Shown here: positions 36,438-46,002 of the stretch, piece by piece
Layout: each line of letters opens with the position of its first letter
Numbering within the stretch: position 1 is the stretch's first letter
From: a virus
Taxonomy: Duplodnaviria > Caudoviricetes
Virus record (IMG/VR): IMGVR_UViG_3300034420_000032
Coordinates: 1-47,073 of that record
Length of the DNA: 47,073 nucleotides
Strand: one strand, 5' to 3'
Position numbers and translations under genes: made by a program
Notes under the pieces: generated by a model
What the model saw: the letters and a program-made list of their open reading frames with translations, nothing else
The model's database searches: none
Told to the model about the DNA's origin: nothing

Positions 36438-38440
36438 CGAACTCCGCAACCCCAAACAGGGCCGCTAGGCGCGGCCTTTTTCAAGAAGCCGATGTCGAAC
36501 AGGATCGATTCGGCTTCTTTTTCGTACCATCCGAAGTCGACATCCGACGGAAACTGGCTAGGCAGATCCATGCACGGCTTCGCCCCGTCGCTCGTCGGCA
36601 CTTTATCGCCGCTGTTGGCGTACTGCATGTGACCAGTCTCGCCGACGGCGTAGTACCACCTCACGGCCTTGCCGAGGTAGACGGAGTCCTTGACGGCCCC
36701 TCCGGTGACGTTGTGGACCACCACGAACTTCCGGATGTCCGAGCACTTCCGAATCGTCTCCGCGAGCGGGACACCCTTCGTGATGCGCAGCTTTACGGCC
36801 TCGGAACAGATCGTGACGACGGGGTTCTTCTTGAGCTTCTCGTCGGTGGCCGTCGGATCAGACCAGGGGTCGAAGTAGACCCCCTTGGTCTTGACCTTTC
36901 CGTCGGTCTTGATCGCGAAGTAGTTGTTCACGTCGCGGCTGTAGATCGCGGCATACTCTGTTTCCTCGGTCCCGTAGCCGGTCTGAACTTCCCAGGCCGC
37001 TACAATACTGTCCATTTGAGCAGTCATCGACCTGGGACATTTGACGACAATCCCGTCCGTGTTGGCACTCACCACAGGGATCCCGGCAAGCTCCAGAGCT
37101 TCGATGAGCATTAGGATTGCGAGCTGTCCGGTAATTGTCACACGGATCATGAGATCGGGGGCGTAGAGCTTCGAGTACTTCGATCCGAACTTTCCGAACG
37201 AGCCGTTGATCGTGATCTTCAACGAGTCGGCAACAACCTTGTTCTTGGTCTTCTTGGCGTGCAAGCGCCGGTCCACGATGCTGCGGTAGACCTTCAGGAA
37301 CCCCTTGCCCATCCCCTTCGGGTACATGCCCAGGTTCAGGATTGTCGCGGGGTAGTAGCTGGTCACGTCGCGGTCACGCAGCACGTAGTTCTCGTCGCTT
37401 CTGTGGCCTGCCGACTTCTCGCAGGAATGGAGCCCTCCAATTCCGATGTTGTACCTGGAGTTTGCGATTTGCAAATCCAGATCCTTGATCGGTTTCGGCA
37501 TTTCCACATGCCCCGTCTCAGAAACGACGAAAACGGCGTCCTCGATGGTCTTGAGAGCATGCTGCATCAAGGGGGACTGATAGCGGATGAAGTCCGGTGT
37601 CAGGTACTTGAAGCTGGTGCCAGGCTCCACCACGGCGGCTTCAGGGCGGTACCCTAACCACTGGGTCATTTCGTGGACGATCACGGCCTCCGCGACCTGT
37701 GCGTCCGATTTCGACCGGAGGTCCACCCCGTACTCGCTGGACATCTGTTCCCGGAGTTCGATCTGTTGGCGCAGGCACATGTACAGGAACGCCGTGGCGG
37801 TCAGATCGGAGTTCACGTTGTACCAGCGGACCACCGCTTGCTGGTCGGGCGTCAGGACGCTCCCAGGGGCAAATGGAAGGTCTTGCATTCGAGGGGCGTG
37901 CAGTCGGCCCCCGTACATTTTCAGGCTGGCCTTGCCGGGGGCGACTTCGATCAGGTCGATGTGGTCAATCTCCAGGGGCTTGACCCTGTAGGACTTGAGC
38001 AGATCGCGACCGCGCACGTTGTCGGCAATGATCCGGTTCGTTGCGGCCTGGAGCTGCGCGGTGGTCTTCCCGGCCAGAGCCAGGGTCGCAATTGGAAGGT
38101 CGTAGGAGATCGAATTGAATCCGACCGTCGTGAAGTTCTGGAACACCCAGCGGAGCTTTTCCGTCTCCAGCTTCGCGGTGTCCGACAGCTCGAAGTAGAC
38201 GCACCAGCCCGTGACCACGGATCGGAACGACGCGAGGAAATAGTTCGGGTAGCACTCCACGTCGAACAAGAGTCGCTCCCCTGCCGCCTGGGCCGCGAGG
38301 AGTTCGGCATCGGTCATGACGTGGATGTCAAAGCGAAGGGCTTCCTCAAGATTCGGAAGCCCTGCCGGTTTGACCCAGACCGGCCCCGGTGTGCGGGGCG
38401 GATCCTTCTTCGCTTTCGGTTCGTCCCAGAGAAGGCTCAC
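36434..38440 (-). CDS. Divergent family-B DNA polymerase with 3'-5' exonuclease
   Basis: FDVECYPN (ExoI), GFNSISYD (ExoII), DVTSYYP, KITINGSFGK, SANTDG. Confidence 0.92.
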   Translation of the reverse strand: MSLLWDEPKAKKDPPRTPGPVWVKPAGLPNLEEALRFDIHVMTDAELLAAQAAGERLLFDVECYPNYFLASFRSVVTGWCVYFELSDTAKLETEKLRWVFQNFTTVGFNSISYDLPIATLALAGKTTAQLQAATNRIIADNVRGRDLLKSYRVKPLEIDHIDLIEVAPGKASLKMYGGRLHAPRMQDLPFAPGSVLTPDQQAVVRWYNVNSDLTATAFLYMCLRQQIELREQMSSEYGVDLRSKSDAQVAEAVIVHEMTQWLGYRPEAAVVEPGTSFKYLTPDFIRYQSPLMQHALKTIEDAVFVVSETGHVEMPKPIKDLDLQIANSRYNIGIGGLHSCEKSAGHRSDENYVLRDRDVTSYYPATILNLGMYPKGMGKGFLKVYRSIVDRRLHAKKTKNKVVADSLKITINGSFGKFGSKYSKLYAPDLMIRVTITGQLAILMLIEALELAGIPVVSANTDGIVVKCPRSMTAQMDSIVAAWEVQTGYGTEETEYAAIYSRDVNNYFAIKTDGKVKTKGVYFDPWSDPTATDEKLKKNPVVTICSEAVKLRITKGVPLAETIRKCSDIRKFVVVHNVTGGAVKDSVYLGKAVRWYYAVGETGHMQYANSGDKVPTSDGAKPCMDLPSQFPSDVDFGWYEKEAESILFDIGFLKKAAPSGPVWGCGVR
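36458..36481 (+). terminator. Terminator of the late operon, within the 3' end of the pol gene
   Basis: GGCCGC/GCGGCC followed by TTTTT at the convergence point. Confidence 0.6.
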
Positions 38441-39402
38441 AAGGGGCTCGCCGCCAGGAGTCCCCGAATCCTGTCACCAACCCACCGGATCGGCGTTTCG
38501 TTCAACGGACTGGTCGCGGTGGCCACGCCTTTGAGCTTCTCCAGGTTCGCCAGGACGGTCTTGCAGTTACCGGTCAATCCTTCCACTTCGGCGTGTGCCG
38601 GTGCCAGGATCGGACCAGTGCTCACCCAGCCGTCCTTGATCTCAATCTGGCCTTTGTTCGGCACGAACCCTTCGATCGACTCAACACCGTCCCAGAATCC
38701 GGCAGGAATCGGGAAGAACTGGTTCCAGTTGTGCATCGCGAACTTCTCGCCAATTTCCGGCCACTTCTCTTCGAGGAGCGGGACGGTCATTCGGCGGTCG
38801 CCCTCGAAGACCAGGGTCATGTGGGAATCGCCGACTTCGAGGTACTCGGGCTCTTCACCGAGGCGGATGATCTCCTGGCAAGCTTCCCGAGGGACGACGA
38901 ACGGACGGGGTACCTGGATACCCAGCCATTGCTCCGCGATGATATAGCTGTTGGAGGCGAAGGCCGACTGGCCTTTGAACAAGATCCCTCTCGCCCAGAC
39001 AGGATCCGGCAGCTTCGAGACGAACCGAAGGAGCGTCTTCAGCACGGGAACGATCTCGAACGGCAGCTTGACAACCTGCCCTCCGGAGGGGATCGATGGG
39101 TAGACATCCGTGGAACATTGGACCTCGCACTTGAATTTTCCGGACTTGAACGACAGGTTTCCGGACACCTGCATCGCCACGACGAACTCCTCGCCGCAGT
39201 TTTCCATCGCTGCCGAGAATTGCTTCGCGTTCAGGGTCGCATCCACGAAGATCCCGATCGGCGACGAGAACGAGATCAATCCGTCGAAACCGATGATCCG
39301 ACCGTTCTCCAGGCGAACGTGCTGCAAAACGGGGTGTTCGCTCTTCTTCGGAACGACACCCTTGACGAAATCCACAGCTTTCTTGGCGACATCACCGCGC
39401 AT
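38437..39402 (-). CDS. Beta-clamp-like processivity factor
   Basis: VVPKKSEHPVLQHVRL, YPSIP, GILF...FASN; adjacent to pol. Confidence 0.75.
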   Translation of the reverse strand: MRGDVAKKAVDFVKGVVPKKSEHPVLQHVRLENGRIIGFDGLISFSSPIGIFVDATLNAKQFSAAMENCGEEFVVAMQVSGNLSFKSGKFKCEVQCSTDVYPSIPSGGQVVKLPFEIVPVLKTLLRFVSKLPDPVWARGILFKGQSAFASNSYIIAEQWLGIQVPRPFVVPREACQEIIRLGEEPEYLEVGDSHMTLVFEGDRRMTVPLLEEKWPEIGEKFAMHNWNQFFPIPAGFWDGVESIEGFVPNKGQIEIKDGWVSTGPILAPAHAEVEGLTGNCKTVLANLEKLKGVATATSPLNETPIRWVGDRIRGLLAASPL

Positions 39403-41023
39403 TGCTCACTCCCAGGTCCAGGTTGATTGGAAATTCGGCACGAAGGATCTCCGGATGCTTCGGTGCCATGTTGACTTTGATCCGGCTCGGCTTCGGAAGA
39501 TGAATCGCCGCGAGTAGGGCAACTTCTGTCGTCTCCGGGCAAGGTCCGGAGGATCGCAGACGCCACCAGTCTTCGGCCTTTCGCCGCGACCATCCGGGAA
39601 GCTCGAAATGAATATACTCATGGAAGACTTGGAAACCGTTCAAGCCGCAGCAATAGGTGACCATCATGGATGTGGGCTTCCCCACCTTGAAGTGAGGCTC
39701 GTAATAGACGTTCACCGGAACGTGCCAGACGATTTCTTCGGGAGTCTCCGCGATCAAAGGACGGTTCGACGGTACAAGCGAGAACTTCCCGAGGTTCTCC
39801 GGGAACTCGGCTCCGCAGTCCGGACAGATCTTCAGCGATGCATGGCAGTAGCTTCCGCACTCTCCACACAACCTGACAGGAGCTTTCCCGCCGCCCTGGG
39901 AGTCCTTCTTCTTGGACGGGATGACCGGATCGTTGATCGGTCCGAGTCGTTCCGTATTCCTGGCGAAATCCAGGACAAGGCAGTTCTCCTTCCCCGGCCA
40001 TACGCGAGTCCCTCGACCGAGACATTGAACGAGCAGTCCTGGCGACTTGGTCGGGCGTAGCATCGCGATCAGGTCGATTGCCGGGAAGTCAAAACCCGTC
40101 GTCAGAACGGAGTTGTTGACCATCGCGTGATAACGGCCTTCCTTGAATCCAGACAGACGGTCCTCGCGAGTCTTCGAGTCCATCTTCCCGTCGACCATTT
40201 CGGCGGTGACTCCGAGGTGTTCCAGGTGTTCAACAACGTGTCTCGCGTGATCGAGTCCTGCTGCGAAGATGAGCCAGTGCTTGCGGTCGCGGCCACGTTC
40301 AACGATCTCGCGAACGATCGCTTCAGTCAAAGCATCTTTGTCCACAGCAAGTTGCAAGTCGTGAGCTGCGAACTCGCCGCCGACGGTCTTGACGCCTTCG
40401 ACATCCAGTTGCGTCCCGGTGCATTTCGGGACAAGCCTGGAAAGGAAGCCCCGCTCAATGAGCTTGTTGAAAGCGTCTCTCGATGTGATGTCGAAACAAA
40501 TATCGTCAAAGATCCCGCCTTCGGTCAACATCCCGAGCCCGAGGCGGTACGGCGTTGCCGTCAAGCCGATCACCCGCAGGTTCGGGTTGATCTTGTAGAG
40601 ACAGTCGATCACCTTGACGTAGCTGGTGTCTTCCTTGGGGGAGATCAGGTGCGCCTCGTCAACGATCACCTTGTTCACGTACCCGAGAAGCTCCGGGTGC
40701 CGAACGACGGTCTGGATCGAAGCCAGGGTAATCGGGAAGCCGTACTCCTTCCGATTCAAACCTGCCGACACCACCCCGCACGGCGCAAGCGGCCAGAGCC
40801 GTTTGATCGTCGCCTCGTTCTGCGCGATCAACTCCTGGACGTGGGTCATGCACAGGACACGATTTGACGGGAACTCGTACAGTTCCTTCTTGACCAGCGC
40901 GGCGTTGACAGCGGCCTTTCCGGTCCCTGTGGGCATCGCGATCAGAGGGTTCCCCCTGGTCGTGCGCTTCTCGTAAGCTTCTTCGGCAAGGACTGCATCG
41001 ATCTGGTAGTCCCGAAGGATCAC
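39392..41023 (-). CDS. SF2 helicase (RadD/YejH-like) with Zn ribbon
   Basis: LRDYQ, MPTGTGK, DEAH, TAT, LTTGFD, QCLGRGTR; CGEC...CPDCG. Confidence 0.93.
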   Translation of the reverse strand: MILRDYQIDAVLAEEAYEKRTTRGNPLIAMPTGTGKAAVNAALVKKELYEFPSNRVLCMTHVQELIAQNEATIKRLWPLAPCGVVSAGLNRKEYGFPITLASIQTVVRHPELLGYVNKVIVDEAHLISPKEDTSYVKVIDCLYKINPNLRVIGLTATPYRLGLGMLTEGGIFDDICFDITSRDAFNKLIERGFLSRLVPKCTGTQLDVEGVKTVGGEFAAHDLQLAVDKDALTEAIVREIVERGRDRKHWLIFAAGLDHARHVVEHLEHLGVTAEMVDGKMDSKTREDRLSGFKEGRYHAMVNNSVLTTGFDFPAIDLIAMLRPTKSPGLLVQCLGRGTRVWPGKENCLVLDFARNTERLGPINDPVIPSKKKDSQGGGKAPVRLCGECGSYCHASLKICPDCGAEFPENLGKFSLVPSNRPLIAETPEEIVWHVPVNVYYEPHFKVGKPTSMMVTYCCGLNGFQVFHEYIHFELPGWSRRKAEDWWRLRSSGPCPETTEVALLAAIHLPKPSRIKVNMAPKHPEILRAEFPINLDLGVSNAR

Positions 41024-41916
41024 AGGCCTTCACCTCGCACCCAGGCGGGGCAACCTGCGAACTGCTCTTCGGGGGTCAAGTCTTGGATTCCCTTGAGAGG
41101 GCAAGACCACTTTCCGTCACCAGGACGACGGGCGTTCGCGCAGGTCCGACAGTTGTGGAGAACGTCGGCTCCATGATGGCAGATACGAGCCGCAGAGCAG
41201 TACTTGCAGTTGTAGTCGGAAGCGCATTCCGCGATCTTCGGAGGTGGAACCGGCGAAGCGATGATCCTGTCAGCGCGTTCAATAGCCCACTCGGAGGTTC
41301 CCTGTTCGTGCGTGAGAATCTCGCAATGCAGGTCGTCATCGTTCTTGTTGACGGCCACATAGAGGGCGTAACGCAGGCCGAACTTGCCCATGTAGGTGTT
41401 GCACTGGATGGCGTGTTCGGGCTTGACCTGTTCGACACCCTTCGCGACAAGACGCTCGAAGGACGCCTTGTTGTGGGTCTTGAACTCCAGGAGGAACGGT
41501 TCGTCGGGGAGATCAGGGCAACCGCGACCGATGCCGTCCAGGGATCCGCCGAAGTATCCGCCGCAATCCGTCAAGCGAAGCTGCTTGCCGTTGTCGAGGT
41601 GCCAAGTCTGCATCCCGATGAGCCGCATCAAGGCGATGAAGCGAGCCTCTTCGAGGTGACCGCGCTGGAACAGGCGAATGATGCGTCCTTCGTGACGCTC
41701 GAAGTACGCCCAGCGGAAGCCGTACCACAGAGCGCGGGCGCACTTCTTTCCGATCACCGACGCGCCTAGGTGCTTGCGCGGGATCAGTTCAGGTTTTGTC
41801 GAGAAGCAGTCAGAGACTTCCGACAAGGCTTCCTTGAAAAGCCCGCGAAACTTCGCTCCTTCGTCGAGTTCGAGGGCGGAGTTGATGGCAGCTTTGGTTT
41901 TTGTTGCGAGTATCAT
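41020..41916 (-). CDS. Cas4/RecB-like PD-(D/E)xK exonuclease
   Basis: CARALWY, GSLDG, LLEFKT, QCNTYM, CKYC...C. Confidence 0.88.
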   Translation of the reverse strand: MILATKTKAAINSALELDEGAKFRGLFKEALSEVSDCFSTKPELIPRKHLGASVIGKKCARALWYGFRWAYFERHEGRIIRLFQRGHLEEARFIALMRLIGMQTWHLDNGKQLRLTDCGGYFGGSLDGIGRGCPDLPDEPFLLEFKTHNKASFERLVAKGVEQVKPEHAIQCNTYMGKFGLRYALYVAVNKNDDDLHCEILTHEQGTSEWAIERADRIIASPVPPPKIAECASDYNCKYCSAARICHHGADVLHNCRTCANARRPGDGKWSCPLKGIQDLTPEEQFAGCPAWVRGEGL

Positions 41917-41920
41917 AGGA

Positions 41921-41991
41921 TTGGGAAAGAGGGACTCGAACCCCCGTTAGCGGGGCCAAATCCCGCCGTCCTACCGCTGAACGATTTCCCA
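41921..41991 (-). tRNA. tRNA-Gln(UUG); CCA not encoded
   Basis: TGGGAAA/TTTCCCA acceptor stem; GTTC/GGAC D-arm; GCGGG-ATTTGGC-CCCGC anticodon arm; GGGGG-TTCGAGT-CCCTC T-arm. Confidence 0.85.
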
Positions 41992-42070
41992 TTGCAGGGG
42001 CTACTTTAGCCCCAAAGCATTTTCATACTTTATCGGATGAAACCTACGCTCTTGGTATTTGTCCCCAAGC

Positions 42071-42397
42071 TCACAGAGAAGTTCTACTTCTCGAAGCCTC
42101 GTCTATCCGAGGGGTTTCTGAAAGACGGCACCTCTGCCGGAGTAGCTTGCGTGATCCATCTTCACGGGCTATTTCAATGACGAGATCTGCTGATCCAGAT
42201 TCATCATATATCAGAGACAGCGTCGGCAAACAGCCTGCTGGATACAATTTGAAGTCCTGGGGTGCCTGGGGCGGAAGCGCCGCCCCGAAGCATTGATCCC
42301 AGTGCCATCCCCCATTGTCCCGAACATCGAACACCGGAGGGTTGCTGTCACCTATCACGAAGAGGAAGGCGAACAACAACAGGCACCAACGGATCAT
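42071..42397 (-). CDS. Hypothetical exported or membrane-anchored protein
   Basis: MIRWCLLLFAFLFVIG; ATGA overlap. Confidence 0.55.
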   Translation of the reverse strand: MIRWCLLLFAFLFVIGDSNPPVFDVRDNGGWHWDQCFGAALPPQAPQDFKLYPAGCLPTLSLIYDESGSADLVIEIAREDGSRKLLRQRCRLSETPRIDEASRSRTSL

Positions 42398-43149
42398 CCC
42401 GCCGCCTGCGCCCAGATCGGTGCCTGGACCGGAACAGGAGCTGCCTGCTGAACCTGCACCGGAGGGGCCTGCTGCACCGGAGCTTCACCAGCAGGGACCG
42501 CGACAGGAGCCGCAGTCTGCACCCAGGGCGTAGGAGTTTGGACAGGTGCCGACGCGAAAGGGGATTGCACCGCCTGCGCCACGGGAGCCTGCTGTGCCCA
42601 GGGCTGTGCCACCGGAGGAGCCGCGACCTGAGGGGCGACCTGCGCAGCGGGTTGTGCCCACTGCTGCGGAGGCGGAGGTGCGAACGCTGCCGGAGGAGCC
42701 ACCGCAGGAGCCGCGACGGCGGGAGCGACCGAGGGAACGCCGACCGAAGCCCCGACGTAAGCCGAGTACTTCTGGATCACGTTCTTCTCGGGGTACTCGC
42801 CCTTGGCGGGTTCCAGCTTGACCTTAACGGTCATCGGGATGTTGTGCAACTGCTCGGTGTCGGCGAGCTGAAGCACGTTCGTCGCCCGACAGATCGCGGA
42901 CAGCGTCTTGATGGCGATGTCCCGAGCCTTCGGGTTGGCGTTCTCCAGGTTCAGATTGTCGAACAACCGCTGACCCTTGTACTTGCCGTCCAGGATTTCC
43001 ATCTGCACGCTGAGAGCGCGAGGACCGGCCTGGGTCGGCTTGAACTCGGTGTCCACGATCTTGACGTTGTACTCGCCAGCGGGGACCGCGCCGAATCCGG
43101 CGGACGGTTCGACATCCATGGCGTTGAAGGTTGCTCCGAGAGAGGCCAT
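42394..43149 (-). CDS. DUF669-like ssDNA-binding protein with Pro/Ala/Gln tail
   Basis: VPAGEYNVKI...ILDGKYKGQRLFDNLNL...A...LSAICRA; follows the Sak4-like gene. Confidence 0.85.
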   Translation of the reverse strand: MASLGATFNAMDVEPSAGFGAVPAGEYNVKIVDTEFKPTQAGPRALSVQMEILDGKYKGQRLFDNLNLENANPKARDIAIKTLSAICRATNVLQLADTEQLHNIPMTVKVKLEPAKGEYPEKNVIQKYSAYVGASVGVPSVAPAVAAPAVAPPAAFAPPPPQQWAQPAAQVAPQVAAPPVAQPWAQQAPVAQAVQSPFASAPVQTPTPWVQTAAPVAVPAGEAPVQQAPPVQVQQAAPVPVQAPIWAQAAG

Positions 43150-43865
43150 TAGGCGATTTCCTTTGCTTGGGTTGCGAGTTTGGTAGCAATCTTGATGAGA
43201 ATGCTGTTGAGATCGGCAGCTTCGGCGGGTGCCAAGGCTCCGGATCGGTCTTTGGCGCTCCACTGCAAGTCGCGAGCGGTTTGCAGGTAGCGGAAGCTGG
43301 CTTTGGTCGCCGGATCCTGTCCGATGCGCAGAGCCATCACCAGATCGAAGAGGTACGGCAGATTGCTTCCGAGCTTCGATCCCGGCATGTCCGGCCCGTA
43401 GGTCTTGACGCCGGAAGTTTCGTCCTCGGCTTTGCCCAGCTTCGCGATCATGATGACGTTGCGGCCCTTGAGATCGCGGAACTTCTTCGTCCATTCGACC
43501 ATCTTGGTTCCGAGTTCACCGTAGCCCTTGCGGGGGTCCGCTCCGCACTTCTTCAGCGCATTCGCGAGACAGACTTCGCCGATGTCGGACCACGAATCCA
43601 TGCAGACGTTCTTCACCCAGGCGTAGTCCGGCGTGTCGAGCATGTTGTAGACCCCTTCGAGGTCTTCCATGGTTTCGATTTCGGCGGCTCGCATGTTCTT
43701 GTGGGCGATCGACAGAAGGCCGTTCTCCGACGTGATGATGAGCGTCTCGAACGGATTCAGTCCGCCGAGAAGTGTCGTCTTCCCCGCGCCCGATTCGCCG
43801 TAGATGATCATTTTGACGCCGTTCGACGTTGCCGCCTCGAACGAGGTTGTGAGCTTGATTGCCAT
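43149..43865 (-). CDS. Sak4-like AAA_24 ATPase (single-strand annealing)
   Basis: IIYGESGAGKT, ENGL, CMDSWS, LPYLFD, AKDRSG. Confidence 0.9.
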   Translation of the reverse strand: MAIKLTTSFEAATSNGVKMIIYGESGAGKTTLLGGLNPFETLIITSENGLLSIAHKNMRAAEIETMEDLEGVYNMLDTPDYAWVKNVCMDSWSDIGEVCLANALKKCGADPRKGYGELGTKMVEWTKKFRDLKGRNVIMIAKLGKAEDETSGVKTYGPDMPGSKLGSNLPYLFDLVMALRIGQDPATKASFRYLQTARDLQWSAKDRSGALAPAEAADLNSILIKIATKLATQAKEIA

Positions 43866-43889
43866 TTGTACCTTTCTCCGTGTGGATTG

Positions 43890-44300
43890 CTAGAAGTAGA
43901 ACTTCGTGGTGAATTTGAAAAGGGCTTTGCGGATCAATTCCAGAACCGCCTTTCGGTAGTTGGTGACCTTGCAGTCGTCCGGCAGATCCTTCGGGATCGA
44001 CTCGAATCCCGGAAGGAGCTTGCCGTAGGTGTCCACAAGATGCTTGACCCATTCGCTTCCGCACTTGAAGGTCCAGCACCGCTTCGAGACGATCGTTCTT
44101 TCTCTGTCACCGTTCTTTGGATTTGGCCAAAATTGACCGTGCTCGTGAATCGAAATATGGATTTCGTATGTGTACCCGACGAAATCTTTGCGAAGGCTTC
44201 CGACAAGAAACAACCGATCATCCCGACGATGAACCGATCGGAAGTCCGTCAACTCCGCAGCGGCAGCTTTTGTCACCAGCTTGTAGAGGCGATCAATCAT
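43890..44300 (-). CDS. Hypothetical protein
   Basis: 136 aa; overlaps the upstream gene. Confidence 0.55.
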   Translation of the reverse strand: MIDRLYKLVTKAAAAELTDFRSVHRRDDRLFLVGSLRKDFVGYTYEIHISIHEHGQFWPNPKNGDRERTIVSKRCWTFKCGSEWVKHLVDTYGKLLPGFESIPKDLPDDCKVTNYRKAVLELIRKALFKFTTKFYF

Positions 44301-44577
44301 TGTTGTAGAAGCCCAGGAGCTTCCCTTCCGGAACGAAGCTGTCGAGTTCGATCCATTCTGCGGTTGAAGGGATCGCAAGATGAGTGAGACTCAGACTGTT
44401 GTCATCGCTCATTTGCAGAGCGTCCGCTGTAGTAAAGAACTTATCGTAAATCGACCATGCGGCGACATCGAAATGGATTCGATCCCGGTGCTTGTTTTCC
44501 GTCCGCAGATCGTTGAAGCGGAACAACACCGGACGGTCCTTCGGGGCTTCGCTGTAGGGCTTCCATGTCAAGGTCAT
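44293..44577 (-). CDS. Hypothetical protein (WxP..APKD family)
   Basis: AGGAGG RBS; WKPYSEAPKDRPVL...W.EL. Confidence 0.75.
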   Translation of the reverse strand: MTLTWKPYSEAPKDRPVLFRFNDLRTENKHRDRIHFDVAAWSIYDKFFTTADALQMSDDNSLSLTHLAIPSTAEWIELDSFVPEGKLLGFYNND

Positions 44578-44598
44578 TGTGACCTCCTTCCTGTATTG

Positions 44599-44627
44599 AA
44601 TTTAACGGATCAGGTTTCGGAAGTCAA
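44599..44627 (-). promoter_or_regulatory. sigma70-like promoter driving the recombination/replication genes
   Basis: TTGACT-17bp-TAAATT; leader nearly identical to that at 419-448. Confidence 0.75.
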
Positions 44628-45500
44628 GCAATCTTTTTCAAATCGCATCCAGCGCAGCGCGGAAGCCACACCACGGGCGAAGGCCCCCTGTTCGCCGCAG
44701 GCCGCGCCTTCCGGATCCCACAGTTCGATCTCGCAGGCGATCTCGGTCAGCGACCGGCGCTTGAAGGCGGTCTTGCCCGTCGCGTCAGCGACGATCTTCT
44801 TCACGCGAGCCACAGGAACGGGCTTTCCGGTCTGTTCCGCCTCGGCCTGGACGGCTTCCGCGATCTGGTTCTGAACCTCGGGTTCCTGGGCAGCGATGAC
44901 GACCGCCGCCGACGGCGACGTGTGGCCAGCGTCCACCGTTTCCTGGACAGAATCCGCCACTTCGAGAAGCCGCAGGCAGTTCCGCATCGCGACGATGCTC
45001 TGGAAGCCGAAGACCTGCCGAGCGTTCTCCATGGCCACCGCATCGCGACCGTAGAGTTCGAGGTAGGTGTTCAGCTCCTTGGCCAGCGCGACACCCTGGA
45101 GAACCTTGCGATGGGTGTTCTCCATGATCCTGCGCTTGAACGCCGACTGCTTGGTCTTCGGGGCCGCGACGAGCAGCTTGAACACCGGGGCGAACTTCAT
45201 GTCCTCGCCCTTCTCCAGCATCCGCTTCCAGATCTCCTGGACGGCACGCCAGCGGGTGCGTCCCCACACCAGCTCGATAACCTGGGCATCACCTTCTTCA
45301 CCCACCTTGTAGCCTTCGGCAGGCTGGAGCATCCCTTCGTCCATGATACCCTGGATGAACTCCTCCGAGAGGGGTTCTTCGATCCCGGCGTCGTAGTCTT
45401 CCCGATTTTTGTCGGTGACGAGCTGGATCTTCACGTCGGTGTTGTCCCAACGGATCATGAACACGTTGCTCCGGGGAGCTTCGATCGCGGTCTTTCCCAT
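44610..45500 (-). CDS. ParB/Srx-like protein
   Basis: IMDEGMLQP...LVWGRTRWRA...ENTHRK.L....LA. Confidence 0.7.
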   Translation of the reverse strand: MGKTAIEAPRSNVFMIRWDNTDVKIQLVTDKNREDYDAGIEEPLSEEFIQGIMDEGMLQPAEGYKVGEEGDAQVIELVWGRTRWRAVQEIWKRMLEKGEDMKFAPVFKLLVAAPKTKQSAFKRRIMENTHRKVLQGVALAKELNTYLELYGRDAVAMENARQVFGFQSIVAMRNCLRLLEVADSVQETVDAGHTSPSAAVVIAAQEPEVQNQIAEAVQAEAEQTGKPVPVARVKKIVADATGKTAFKRRSLTEIACEIELWDPEGAACGEQGAFARGVASALRWMRFEKDCLTSET

Positions 45501-45904
45501 TATTTCCTCGCTTTGTTAATTAACGCATTCTGACGGGCTTCGATGGTTTTCGGGTCGATTTGTTTCGATTTCGTTTTGACGCGGACCTTGGCGGACTTAA
45601 CAGGTATCATCTCCGTGCTCGGCTTAATACCTGTAATTGACATCGCTTCGGTAATAACGTCATCCTTAGCGATCCTATGGCGGATCGCAGCGGCCCTAGC
45701 GTCGGTGACCCAGAAGCGACCTTCCTGGTAGTGGAGCTGACCCACGGGCCAGCACTTGAGGACGTATCCGGGTCTTCCGGTGTGCGAAGGTTCGACTCGG
45801 AACGAGAAGCCTTTCAGCTCCAGATCGGCCTTGACGGTCGCTTCCTGGACTGTCTTGAACAGCTTCGCCTTGCGAGGATCGTCGGTCTTGGCGTAGTTGC
45901 TCAT
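45500..45904 (-). CDS. Hypothetical basic protein
   Basis: Coupled to both neighbours. Confidence 0.65.
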   Translation of the reverse strand: MSNYAKTDDPRKAKLFKTVQEATVKADLELKGFSFRVEPSHTGRPGYVLKCWPVGQLHYQEGRFWVTDARAAAIRHRIAKDDVITEAMSITGIKPSTEMIPVKSAKVRVKTKSKQIDPKTIEARQNALINKARK

Positions 45905-46002
45905 ATGATCACCAGCATCGCGACAGCCGCAAGTAGAAGCGCCGCTGAGATCAAAGCGTAGGCGATCGCGCGACTGAGGTTCTCGTCAGCAATGCCGTTC
46001 AC
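45901..46002 (-). CDS. Small single-TM protein (33 aa)
   Basis: GTG with GGAGG RBS; AIAYALISAALLLAAVAMLVII. Confidence 0.55.
   Translation of the reverse strand: MNGIADENLSRAIAYALISAALLLAAVAMLVII

Noticed and set aside
41020-41916. CRISPR-Cas system suggested by the Cas4-like gene
   Set aside because: No other cas genes or array; this is an ordinary phage recombination nuclease near Sak4 and SSB.
41921-41991. tRNA as attP site or as a sign of stop-codon recoding
   Set aside because: No integrase; the anticodon is UUG, not a suppressor; genes are intact under the standard code.
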